Part shown: positions 18,283 to 27,154 of the stretch, in pieces | How positions within the stretch are numbered: position 1 is the stretch's first letter | Layout of the letters: every line of letters starts with the position of its first letter | Assembly: GCA_049584615.1 (NCBI GenBank) | Contig: JBAUYE010000355.1 | Span: 3,876-67,875 of the forward strand | Length of the DNA: 64,000 bases | From: Candidatus Sulfotelmatobacter sp. | GTDB taxonomy: Bacteria; Acidobacteriota; Terriglobia; Terriglobales; Acidobacteriaceae | Direction: 5' to 3' | Program-made: the position numbers and the translations under genes | Notes under the pieces: model-generated | Told to the model about the DNA's origin: nothing | Seen by the model: the letters and a program-made list of their open reading frames with translations, nothing else | The model's database searches: none

Positions 18283-19221
18283 ATGCTGATGCTCACTCCA
18301 ACCGCCAAGCACATCCGCCGCGTGACGTGGACACTCTATGGTCTGGAGGCCGGAGCGGTGCTGTTTGTTGCCGGTCTGGTAGCTCTCTATCTCAATCCAT
18401 TTTGGCATTTCGATGAAGGTGGGTTCCTGGATTGGCGGCTGCGCTGGTGGAACATTGCTGGTGAAGCGCTCATCGCTGCGGGGTTTTTGATTGAAGCGCT
18501 CGCGTTGGTGGGGTTGGCGGCGGTGGTGGTATCTCGTATCGCTGGCCGGCGCGTGTGGCCCTACGTCGTAGCAGCTTTGCTGGTGGTTTGCACTGTCGTG
18601 TGGATCAGCCCTGCTGGCTTCACGCGTGATCTGGATGCGCACTTTGAGTGGAATCTGGCTGACGGCTTCAATGTGTTCCGCCTGCAGGTGTGGGACGACA
18701 CCGCTGCAATCTGGCGGCCAGTAGGAAGTCCGGCATGGCAATCGACGATTGGGATACAGATCCAGCCTTTGTTGCGAGGCTATTTCAAGCTCAACGATTT
18801 TCAGAAGATGAATGGGGATATCGGCGTCAAGGTGGTCCGGATCATACCGATCGCGTGGCCGATCGAGCTGGGGAGCGGTGGCGAAACCCTTGAGGATCCT
18901 GATGAAACCGACCTGATGCGGGCGGCGGCGCGAGAAGACTTGAAAACTGTGCAGCAGTTGCTGTCGCCGTCAACGGGCGCCAACGTGAATGCGGGTGTAA
19001 ATACGCTGAACATAAATGCGTTGGATCAGAGCGGGCAAACTGCTTTGATCCTCGCCTGCCGAAACCGCAAAGCAAGCCCTGACGTTGTGAAGGCGCTTCT
19101 GGCTGCGGGGGCCGATGTGAACCTGCGCAGCCGCGCCGGCTATACTCCCCTGACCTGGGCGCAGGTTCACAACAATGCCGAGGTCATTCGTTTGCTGCGC
19201 CGCGCCGGAGGTCGGCCCTAG
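18283..19221 (+). CDS. Membrane protein with C-terminal ankyrin repeats
   Basis: Three hydrophobic segments occupy the first ~110 aa. The C-terminus has ANK-like repeats (GQTALILACRNRKASPDVVKALLAAGADVNLRSRAGYTPLTWAQVHNNAEVIRLLRRAG). Confidence 0.7.
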   Translation: MLMLTPTAKHIRRVTWTLYGLEAGAVLFVAGLVALYLNPFWHFDEGGFLDWRLRWWNIAGEALIAAGFLIEALALVGLAAVVVSRIAGRRVWPYVVAALLVVCTVVWISPAGFTRDLDAHFEWNLADGFNVFRLQVWDDTAAIWRPVGSPAWQSTIGIQIQPLLRGYFKLNDFQKMNGDIGVKVVRIIPIAWPIELGSGGETLEDPDETDLMRAAAREDLKTVQQLLSPSTGANVNAGVNTLNINALDQSGQTALILACRNRKASPDVVKALLAAGADVNLRSRAGYTPLTWAQVHNNAEVIRLLRRAGGRP

Positions 19222-19275
19222 CGGCGCTGGCCGCGCTGACGTTGCTTTCATCCCGATCGAGCGGAGGACGCCTGC

Positions 19276-20220
19276 TCAACGGGCGCCGTTGCCCGGGGAG
19301 ACGACCCGGCCGTATTCCGAGGCACGGCTGAGACGGTCGAACATGCGCCAGGCGGCGAGTGAAATCTTGCTGATGGCCTGTTCGCCGTCGCGTTCGTTCG
19401 CGAGAAACGCGGTCATCACGCAAATGACATAGGGACGGCCTTCGACGAAGACGATGCCGGAATCATTACGCACGGCTTCAAGCGAGCCCGGCTTGTTGGC
19501 GATCTTCACATCGGCCGGCAGGTCGCGGGGAATCCAGGAATCTTTATTTGTGCTCAGGACTTTAAAGAAGTCGGCGGTCGATTCTTTATCGAGCACCTTT
19601 CCTCGATAAATGTTTTCCAGCAAGGTCATCATTTCACGCGGCGTGGAAATATTTTCGCGGCCTTGCTTGGCAGCATCCACATCCATCATTTTGCGGCGCA
19701 GGCGAGTGTGCGCCAGTCCGAGGGAATCGAGCATGGCGTTGACGTTTGCCATCCCGACGCGGTCGATGAGTACATTGGTGGCGGAGTTGTCGCTGACCGC
19801 GACCATCATGGTGGCAAGATCGCGCAGGGTGATGCGGGTGACGCCGGGGGTGAGCCCGCCCATGATGTCGCTATCGGGAACCAGGTCACAGGACTGCACG
19901 GTGTAGAGATCTGTAAGCTTCAGCTTGCCCTGCTGCGCTTGGAGAAACAGATTGGCGAGTACCGTGATCTTGATCGAGCTGGCCTGCGCGAAGACTTCAT
20001 TCTCGTGCAGGAAGAACTGGTTGCCGGTCGTCAGGTCTTCGATGGCCACACCCACCACGCCGTCGAGATTCTCGTCGACATCGTGAATCGTCGACTCCAG
20101 TTTTTGCCACAGGACTTTCTGTTTTTCCGCCGAGGGGGCATCGTTCGCCAATCCACTGCTGGCAGTCTGGGCAGCGGATGCCGCCACAAGCAACAGCACG
20201 ACGCAGAGCGTGTGTTTCAA
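19276..20220 (-). CDS. Class A beta-lactamase-like serine hydrolase (secreted)
   Basis: A signal peptide MKHTLCVVLLLVAASAA is present. The SxxK motif (ASSIK) and the SDN motif (VSDNSATN) are present, with a KPG in place of KTG. Confidence 0.75.
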   Translation of the reverse strand: MKHTLCVVLLLVAASAAQTASSGLANDAPSAEKQKVLWQKLESTIHDVDENLDGVVGVAIEDLTTGNQFFLHENEVFAQASSIKITVLANLFLQAQQGKLKLTDLYTVQSCDLVPDSDIMGGLTPGVTRITLRDLATMMVAVSDNSATNVLIDRVGMANVNAMLDSLGLAHTRLRRKMMDVDAAKQGRENISTPREMMTLLENIYRGKVLDKESTADFFKVLSTNKDSWIPRDLPADVKIANKPGSLEAVRNDSGIVFVEGRPYVICVMTAFLANERDGEQAISKISLAAWRMFDRLSRASEYGRVVSPGNGAR

Positions 20221-20283
20221 CTTGGTCTCCTAACTTCCTATCGACCCTTGCAAACTCACTCAGTCAAAGACGCGGCGGATTCG

Positions 20284-21273
20284 TCATCCATCAATCTTCG
20301 CCTCCCGCAGTTGCTTAACCGCCGTCTCCGAACTCACCGGCGAATAGTAAACCTCTTTGAAAGTATAGGACCGGGCTTTCGCGGCGAGGACGGGCATGAT
20401 CTCGATGTGCCAGTGGTAGTCGTCATCGATGGTCTTCCAATAGCCAAGAGTTTTCGAGGGATGCAGGCTGTTGGGCGAGGTGTGCAGCACGAGGTGGAAA
20501 CCTTCGGTGACGGTGCGAATGCGCTGCAGCGTGCGGCGCAGAAGCGCGGCGAGATTCACGCGCAATCCCGGCTTCGATAATCCCGTGCGCTCGAAGGAGG
20601 CGTCGTGGTTGCGAGGTAAAATCCAGGTTTCGTAAGGGACGCGCGGAGCGTAGGGCCCCAGCGCAACGTAATCGCCGCGGGCCTCGATCACGCGTGAGGC
20701 TTGACGCTCTTCCTGGTTGAGAATGTCGCAGAACACACAGCGCTCTTTTTCCTTAAAGTATTCGCGTCCTGCTCGCAATTCGTAGAGGACGCGCCGGGGA
20801 ACGAACATGGTGGCCGTGAGCTGCGATGTGGGATGGCTGAATTCCTGGCCGGCGCTAGGGCCATAGTCCTTGTAGAGACTGACATACTTAATGCGCGGGT
20901 CGCGTTTAAGATCGAGGATGCGTTCGGCGGCAAGGCGCAGGAACATTCCGATTTCATCGTCGCTGGCATTCCAGAGCTGGCGGTCATGCTGCGGATTCTC
21001 AACCAGCACTTCGTGCGCGCCCACCGAATTCATGCGGTCATAAATGCCGTCGCCGCGGCGGCCAGGTTCGCCTTCGATATGGTAGAGCGGAGCGGGATGC
21101 ACCATAGATCGCGCCGACCAACCCGCTGCGCTAGGCAGAGCGGCGATCACCTGAGTGGCCTCGGGTGAATCCGGGCAAAAACGGCAGGCGGTTTGTGGAC
21201 GCGGCGTAGTCTCGGCTGGGTCATCTCCCGTCATAACCCAGGAGCGAGTGATGGGATCTTTGCGCAGTTCCAT
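20284..21273 (-). CDS. Galactose-1-phosphate uridylyltransferase-like (GalT/HIT branch III) protein with an atypical active-site motif
   Basis: LRKDPITRSWV, the zinc-site-like CRFCPDS and the collinear C-terminal half (VFCDILNQE ... WILPRNH) are all present. The canonical HPH position reads SHPTSQ. Confidence 0.8.
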   Translation of the reverse strand: MELRKDPITRSWVMTGDDPAETTPRPQTACRFCPDSPEATQVIAALPSAAGWSARSMVHPAPLYHIEGEPGRRGDGIYDRMNSVGAHEVLVENPQHDRQLWNASDDEIGMFLRLAAERILDLKRDPRIKYVSLYKDYGPSAGQEFSHPTSQLTATMFVPRRVLYELRAGREYFKEKERCVFCDILNQEERQASRVIEARGDYVALGPYAPRVPYETWILPRNHDASFERTGLSKPGLRVNLAALLRRTLQRIRTVTEGFHLVLHTSPNSLHPSKTLGYWKTIDDDYHWHIEIMPVLAAKARSYTFKEVYYSPVSSETAVKQLREAKIDG

Positions 21274-21312
21274 ATATTAGGTAAACACTGTGGGAGAAGC
21301 TGCGTCAAGCAA

Positions 21313-21400
21313 GGTTTCAAAGTTCTCAAGGTTTCAAGGTTTCGAGGTCAACGACGAACCCCGTATGCGATAGCCTTCGAAACATTGAAACCTTGAAACC
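21313..21400. repeat. Imperfect inverted repeat built from tandem 8-9 bp GGTTTCAA units, in a divergent promoter region
   Basis: The left arm is GGTTTCAA-AGTTCTCAA-GGTTTCAA-GGTTTCGAGG (21313-21347). The reverse complement of the right arm (21374-21400) is GGTTTCAA-GGTTTCAA-TGTTTCGAAGG. A 26-nt spacer separates the arms. Confidence 0.85.
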
Positions 21401-21446
21401 CGGGTAATCTGAACTTGTTATAATCCGCGCCAAGCACGTTGAAACG

Positions 21447-24143
21447 ATGACCGAGCCGTCCACTCCGCTGATGCGGCAATATGCTGCCGTCAAAAAAGAA
21501 CATCCCACCGCGTTGCTGTTTTTCCGCCTGGGAGATTTTTACGAGCTTTTTTTTGATGATGCGATTGTCGCCTCCAAAGAGCTGCAGATCACGCTCACCT
21601 CGCGCAACAAAGAAAAAGGCATCGCGGTGCCCATGTGCGGAGTGCCGCACCACGCGGCGGAAGGCTACATTGGCAAGCTGATCCACAAAGGCTTCAAGGT
21701 GGCGATCTGCGAGCAAATGGAAGATGCGCGGCTGGCGAAGAAGCAGATCGGCACGAAATTAGTCCGGCGTGAAGTGACCCGCGTAGTCACGCCCGGCACC
21801 GCCGCCGACTCCCTGCTGGGGTCGGAGGAAAATAACTTTCTCGCGGCGCTGGCGCAGGTGGGAGAGCATGTAGGCTTTGCCGCGTTGGATCTTTCCACCG
21901 GGGAGTTTCGCGCAACGGAATTTTCGGGTGAAGGCGCATTGCGGCGGGTGCAGGAAGAACTGGAGCAACTGCGGCCGAAAGAGCTGCTGTATGGGTCGGC
22001 GGCTCCGCTGTTTGATACTAAAACCAGCCGCGCCTTGCCTACGCAGCCACCGCCCACGCAAACCCCTCAGCCTCGCGCAGCGGGGATTGCCTGTGCCGAG
22101 ACTCCGCTGGATGACTGGATCTTCGCGCCCGATCATGCCATCCCGCTACTGGAAAATCATTTTGGAGTGCTGTCTCTTGAAGGATTTGGGCTGGCGGGAC
22201 GGACGGCTGCTGCGGCGGCGGCTGGCGCCGTCCTCTATTATGTCCGGTCAACGCAGCGTGGATCGCTCGATCACGTCGACCGCATCGGATGGTACGAGCG
22301 GCAGAACTGTCTGGTGCTGGATGCGGTTACGGTCAGGAATCTCGAATTGATCGAGCCTCTGTTTGCTGGGACGGATGCGGGCGTCACTCTGTTTCGCTCG
22401 ATCGATGCCGCGGTCACGCCCATGGGCAAGCGGTTGCTGCGGGCTTGGCTGTTACGGCCCTCGCTCGATCTGGCAGAAATCAATGCACGGCTCGATGCCG
22501 TGGAAGCGGGCGTAAAGGATATCATCGCGCGCGAGGAGTTGCGGCGCGCCCTCGACGGCGTGCTCGACCTGGAGCGGCTTTTGAGCCGGGTCACACTGGA
22601 GACGGCGAACCCGCGCGATGTACTGGCTCTGGCCGCGTCGCTCGCGAAGATTCCCGGAATCAAGGCCGCCGTAGGACGACTTGCAGCGGAGCGGCTGAAG
22701 ACTTTGCACAGCTTGCTCGACGAACTCGGTGACCTGCGCGGGCGCATCGAGAAGACGATTGTGCCCGAGCCTCCGTTGAGTTTCGCCGATGGAGGCTTGA
22801 TTGCGGCGGGCGTAGATCGTGACCTTGATGAGTTGCGTGAACTCTCGCGCAACAGCAAACAGGTGCTGGCCCAGATCGAACAGCGGGAACGTGGGCGGAC
22901 CGGGATTGGCTCACTTAAGGTCAAATTCAATTCCATCTTTGGTTACTACATCGAGGTTTCGAAACCCAACCTGCACCTGGTTCCACAGGATTATGAACGC
23001 AAGCAGACTTTGGTGGGCGCCGAGCGCTTTACCACTCCTGAATTAAAGGGGTACGAGGCCAGGATTCTCGATGCGCAGGAAAAGATTGCCGAGATCGAGC
23101 GGCGTCTCTTTACCGAATTGCGCACGGCGATTGCCTCCGAAGCCAAGCGTATCCGGCAGACGGCATTGGCGCTGGCTGAGGTTGATGTGCTGGCTTCGCT
23201 GGCGCACATTGCGGCTCTGCGCAATTACTGCCGGCCCCAATTCGTCTCTTCAGCGGATAAGGCCACCTCCGCTGGTGACGCGGGCGACCTGGAGATTGTC
23301 GAAGGGCGGCATCCCGTGATCGAGCAGCAAGAGATGGCCGGGGGCAGCGAGCGCTTCGTGCCCAACGATCTTTACCTGAATTCGTCGACGCACACGATCC
23401 TGCTGCTGACCGGGCCGAACATGGGCGGCAAGTCTACTTATTTGCGGCAGACGGCGTTGATTGTGATTCTGGCGCAGATGGGCTCGTTCGTTCCGGCGCG
23501 CTCGGCGCGGCTCAGCGTGGTCGATCGCGTCTTCACCCGCATCGGCGCCAGCGATAACTTGGCGCGCGGTCGTTCAACCTTTATGGTCGAGATGACAGAG
23601 ACGGCGGCGATTCTGCACACCGCGACCGCGCGGTCGCTAATCCTATTGGATGAAGTGGGTCGCGGGACATCCACTTATGATGGATTAGCGATCGCCTGGG
23701 CGGCCATCGAATATCTGCACGCGCGGGTGCGGGCGAAGACTCTATTCGCCACGCATTATTTCGAGCTCACAGAATTGGCCGAGCAGCTTGCTGGAGTGAA
23801 GAACTATCACGTTTCGGTGAAGGAGACCGGAGGCGGAATCGTATTCTTGCGAAAGGTTCAGCCCGGCGCGGCCGACCGCAGTTATGGCATTGAAGTCGCC
23901 AAGCTGGCGGGGCTCCCGAATGAAGTGATTATGCGGGCGCGCGAGGTGCTGGCCGAGCACGAGTCGGCCGAACGCGCGTTGACCGAGCATCTCTCGCCCG
24001 GGGCCGCGCAGCCGGCAACGCAGTTGACCATCTTCACGCCGCTGTCGCAGCCGGTACTGGAGAAGCTGCGCGAAGTAGACTTGAACCGGCTCACGCCGTT
24101 GGAGGCGCTGAATTTGCTCGCGGAGTTAAAGAAAGAAATCTAG
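21447..24143 (+). CDS. mutS: DNA mismatch repair protein MutS
   Basis: The 898-aa ORF has N-terminal [34 protein letters not shown], the Walker [14 protein letters not shown], and the C-terminal HTH-like region. Confidence 0.97.
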   Translation: MTEPSTPLMRQYAAVKKEHPTALLFFRLGDFYELFFDDAIVASKELQITLTSRNKEKGIAVPMCGVPHHAAEGYIGKLIHKGFKVAICEQMEDARLAKKQIGTKLVRREVTRVVTPGTAADSLLGSEENNFLAALAQVGEHVGFAALDLSTGEFRATEFSGEGALRRVQEELEQLRPKELLYGSAAPLFDTKTSRALPTQPPPTQTPQPRAAGIACAETPLDDWIFAPDHAIPLLENHFGVLSLEGFGLAGRTAAAAAAGAVLYYVRSTQRGSLDHVDRIGWYERQNCLVLDAVTVRNLELIEPLFAGTDAGVTLFRSIDAAVTPMGKRLLRAWLLRPSLDLAEINARLDAVEAGVKDIIAREELRRALDGVLDLERLLSRVTLETANPRDVLALAASLAKIPGIKAAVGRLAAERLKTLHSLLDELGDLRGRIEKTIVPEPPLSFADGGLIAAGVDRDLDELRELSRNSKQVLAQIEQRERGRTGIGSLKVKFNSIFGYYIEVSKPNLHLVPQDYERKQTLVGAERFTTPELKGYEARILDAQEKIAEIERRLFTELRTAIASEAKRIRQTALALAEVDVLASLAHIAALRNYCRPQFVSSADKATSAGDAGDLEIVEGRHPVIEQQEMAGGSERFVPNDLYLNSSTHTILLLTGPNMGGKSTYLRQTALIVILAQMGSFVPARSARLSVVDRVFTRIGASDNLARGRSTFMVEMTETAAILHTATARSLILLDEVGRGTSTYDGLAIAWAAIEYLHARVRAKTLFATHYFELTELAEQLAGVKNYHVSVKETGGGIVFLRKVQPGAADRSYGIEVAKLAGLPNEVIMRAREVLAEHESAERALTEHLSPGAAQPATQLTIFTPLSQPVLEKLREVDLNRLTPLEALNLLAELKKEI

Positions 24144-24181
24144 CCACAGAGATCACGGGGCCACCGGGTAAATCGCATCGA

Positions 24182-25309
24182 ATGACTGCTCAACGAAAGG
24201 TGCTTAAGGCACCCAAGATCGGCCAGCTTTTGATCCTCGGCTTCGACAGTGTGGAAATGACGCCGCGGCTCAGTTCCCTGCTCGCCAGGATGCAGCCGGC
24301 TGGAGTGATTCTGTTCGCGCGGAATATAAAGACTGCCGGGCAGACCTGGCGGCTGCTGCACGATTGTCAGAAATACGTTTCCGCACCATTGTTTACCTGC
24401 GTCGATCTCGAAGGCGGGCGCGTGGACCGCTTTCGCGACGTGCTGGGTCCCACGCCGGCGGCGGCGGATGTGTTCGCGACCGGCGATCGCAAACTTTTCC
24501 GCAAACACGGGCAAGTCATCGGAGAGAATTGCCGTGCGCTCGGATTTAACCTCGACTTCGCTCCGGTGCTCGATCTAGCGTTCGAAGCTTCGCGTCGCGT
24601 GATGAGTACGCGCTCTGTGTCGGCGGATCCGCGCCAGACGATTGCCTACGCCCGCGAGTTTCTCGCCGGCCTGCGGACTGCGGGAGTGCTGGGATGCGGC
24701 AAGCATTTCCCCGGCCTCGGCAAAGGCACGCTCGACAGCCACGACGATCTGCCCGTAATCGAGAAGCCGATGAAAAAGCTTTGGGCCGAGGATCTCTTGC
24801 CTTACCGCACGCTCCGGGCGCAGATGCCGCTTGTCATGATTTCGCACGCGGCCTATACAGCGGTCACGAAGGATCCGACTCCGGCGTCGCTCTCGAAGGT
24901 TTGGATCACCGATATGCTGCGCAAGCGCATTGGATATCGCAAGCTGATTGTGTCGGACGATCTGGAAATGGGAGGAGTTTTGTCGGCAGCGCCCGTAGGA
25001 CCCGCCGCCGTTCAATTCATTCGTGCCGGTGGAGATCTATGTCTAGTCTGCCATCGCGAGGACTACATCGCGCAAGCTTCAGACGAGATCTCAAAAACAG
25101 CGGAGCGCGACCCTAAGTTCGCCAGGCGCGTCGAAGAATCCGTACGACGAGTGCTGGAGTTCAAGAAGAAGTCGGACAAAATACTGCGGAGGGGGAAAGA
25201 ACCATCTACCACAACCGTGGAAAAGCTCTCGCGCAAGCTGTGGGAATTCAGCGAGCAGGTGCGACTGGAAGGTCTGAATCGCGCAGAGAACCTGCGGCTG
25301 CGGAAATGA
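24182..25309 (+). CDS. nagZ: Beta-N-acetylhexosaminidase (GH3, NagZ-like)
   Basis: The GH3 motifs KHFPGLGKGTLDSHDDLP and VSDDLEMGG are present. The gene is adjacent to and overlaps anmK. Confidence 0.85.
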   Translation: MTAQRKVLKAPKIGQLLILGFDSVEMTPRLSSLLARMQPAGVILFARNIKTAGQTWRLLHDCQKYVSAPLFTCVDLEGGRVDRFRDVLGPTPAAADVFATGDRKLFRKHGQVIGENCRALGFNLDFAPVLDLAFEASRRVMSTRSVSADPRQTIAYAREFLAGLRTAGVLGCGKHFPGLGKGTLDSHDDLPVIEKPMKKLWAEDLLPYRTLRAQMPLVMISHAAYTAVTKDPTPASLSKVWITDMLRKRIGYRKLIVSDDLEMGGVLSAAPVGPAAVQFIRAGGDLCLVCHREDYIAQASDEISKTAERDPKFARRVEESVRRVLEFKKKSDKILRRGKEPSTTTVEKLSRKLWEFSEQVRLEGLNRAENLRLRK

Positions 25310-26556
25310 TGAAGGAAGACATGATTGTAGCTGGGGTGATGAGCGGGACGTCCGCTGACGGCATTAATGTCGCCGTGGTTCGAATTACGGGACGGCGCAA
25401 ATCGGGCTCCCGCGGCGCATCCAACACGGCAGCAGGCAGTCGCGGGCGAGAGCTTGCCCTGAGCCTGCCGAAGGGACGTCCGCTCCACATCGAGTTACTG
25501 GGGCACTATGAGTACGCCTACCCGAAAAATATTCGGGCACACGTGTTGGCCGCAATGAATGCTCCGCGAGCCAGTGTGGCCGATCTGGCCCGGCTGAATT
25601 TCCTGCTGGGTGAACTTTATGCCGATGCAGTACTGGCAACGCTGCGGAAGTTTCGGACAAAGGCAGAGTTGGTGGGCTGCCACGGACAAACGCTCTATCA
25701 TCAGGGCGAGCCTCAGCTCTTTCTTGGGCGTAAGGTGGCCGCGACTTGGCAGACGGGCGAGGCGTCTATCATCGCGGCCCGAGTTGGCGTTCTAGTCGTT
25801 TCGGATTTTCGTCCGGCGGATATGTCGGCCGGAGGCAAGGGCGCGCCGCTGGTTCCGTTTCTCGACTACTTGCTGTTTCGCGATGCGCGCGCGGGTAGGC
25901 TCGTGCAAAACATCGGCGGCATCGCGAATATGACGGTGATTCCGGCGGGCGCGGCGGCAAGTGATGTGGCCGCGTTCGATACCGGGCCGGGTAACATGGT
26001 GATTGACTCGGTCACCGAGAAGTTGTTCGCGAAGCCGTTCGACAGAGGCGGGAGGATCGCGGCTTCTGGAAAAGTTTTGGACAAGGTCATCCGCAGAATG
26101 TTACAGCGCGACTTCTTCCGGAGAAAACCGCCCAAAACAGCGGGGCGTGAAGAATTCGGCCGGGAGTTTGTGCGCGAGTTCCTGCGGAGTTGCGGACCTA
26201 GCCGCAAGCAGGATGTGGTAGCTACGGCAACGGCGCTGACCGCGAAGTCGATCGCAGATGCGGTGCGGCGGTTTACCTTGAACTCAAACTCCGGGCGGAA
26301 GGCTGGTTTTCGGGAAATGATTCTTTCCGGGGGAGGAGCGAAAAACTCCACGCTCGTGGCCATGTTAGCCAGCGAACTTGCATCGCTTGGATTGCAGCTG
26401 CGATTCTCCGACGAATTTGGTCTGCCTTCGGCGGCAAAAGAGGCTGTGGCCTTTGCCGTTCTGGCCTACGAAACCTGGCACCGCCGAGCGTCGAATATTC
26501 CTTCGGCGACAGGAGCGAAACGCGCGGCAGTGCTGGGAAAGATTTCCTACCCTTAG
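25306..26556 (+). CDS. anmK: Anhydro-N-acetylmuramic acid kinase
   Basis: GVMSGTSADGINVAVV, GCHGQTLYH, FDTGPGNMVID and GGGAKNSTL are present. The ATG overlaps the nagZ stop (ATGA). The track ORF is over-extended to 25240. Confidence 0.9.
   Translation: MMKEDMIVAGVMSGTSADGINVAVVRITGRRKSGSRGASNTAAGSRGRELALSLPKGRPLHIELLGHYEYAYPKNIRAHVLAAMNAPRASVADLARLNFLLGELYADAVLATLRKFRTKAELVGCHGQTLYHQGEPQLFLGRKVAATWQTGEASIIAARVGVLVVSDFRPADMSAGGKGAPLVPFLDYLLFRDARAGRLVQNIGGIANMTVIPAGAAASDVAAFDTGPGNMVIDSVTEKLFAKPFDRGGRIAASGKVLDKVIRRMLQRDFFRRKPPKTAGREEFGREFVREFLRSCGPSRKQDVVATATALTAKSIADAVRRFTLNSNSGRKAGFREMILSGGGAKNSTLVAMLASELASLGLQLRFSDEFGLPSAAKEAVAFAVLAYETWHRRASNIPSATGAKRAAVLGKISYP
25441..25490 (-). repeat. Partial copy of the REP-like element seen at 40812-40905, lying in frame inside anmK
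   Basis: The reverse complement is GGACGTCCCTTCGGCAGGCTCAGGGCAAGCTCTCGCCCGCG. This aligns by eye with GGGGTCCCCTTCGGCTTCGCTCAGGGCAGGCTTTCGACTCCGCGG at 40815-40859. Confidence 0.4.
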
Positions 26557-26605
26557 ACGTTTCGGATCTTAGCGCAGTAATCTTAGACGCGCGGACTGGT
26601 AAGCT

Positions 26606-27154
26606 ATGCCGATTTACATTTCGATGCTTCGCGGAATTAATGTTGGCGGGAACAAGCGAATCAAAATGGAAAGGCTTCGTGAGTCATTCGAGGCGCTGGG
26701 CTTCGAGCAAGTGAAGACCTATATTCAGAGTGGAAACGTGGTTTTCAAGGCCGGCAAAGTTTCCGTCGCAGGACTGTCGAAGAAAATCGAAGAGCGCATT
26801 CTCGGCGACTTTGGTTTTTCAGTCTCCGTCATTTCGAGGACAGCGGACGAAATTGCAAATACGATCAAAAACAATCCCTTCCTGAACCAGCCGGGAATCG
26901 ATCCCGAGAAACTTCACGTCGCTTTTCTGTCGGAGGCCCCTGCACCATCGGCTCTGAACAAGTTGGCGCAGCTCACCTTGAAGCCGGACCAATCTCGCTG
27001 TCTCGGCCGCCAAGTTTATCTCTATTTTCCGAATGGAGTATCCGGCAGCAGTTTGTGGAAGCACCCACTCGATGGCATCTTGTCTGTAGGGGCGACGACT
27101 CGCAATTGGAAAACCGTGAGCAGCCTCCACCAGATGTGCCGGGACTGCCGCTGA
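26606..27154 (+). CDS. DUF1697 family protein
   Basis: The N-terminus MPIYISMLRGINVGGNKRIKMERLRESFEALGFEQVKTYIQSGNVVF is the characteristic DUF1697 signature. Confidence 0.8.
   Translation: MPIYISMLRGINVGGNKRIKMERLRESFEALGFEQVKTYIQSGNVVFKAGKVSVAGLSKKIEERILGDFGFSVSVISRTADEIANTIKNNPFLNQPGIDPEKLHVAFLSEAPAPSALNKLAQLTLKPDQSRCLGRQVYLYFPNGVSGSSLWKHPLDGILSVGATTRNWKTVSSLHQMCRDCR

Noticed and set aside
25240-25305. N-terminal extensions given in the ORF track for anmK (25240), the solute-binding protein (27055), the YmdB-like gene (28704), pstA (43394), CHAD (44394), the FHA phosphatase (55455) and GT87 paralogues A and C (55037, 59180).
   Set aside because: Each extension overlaps the preceding gene or the divergent region and lacks homology-type sequence. 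Internal starts give the canonical N-termini or signal peptides, and often give ATGA/GTGA coupling overlaps.
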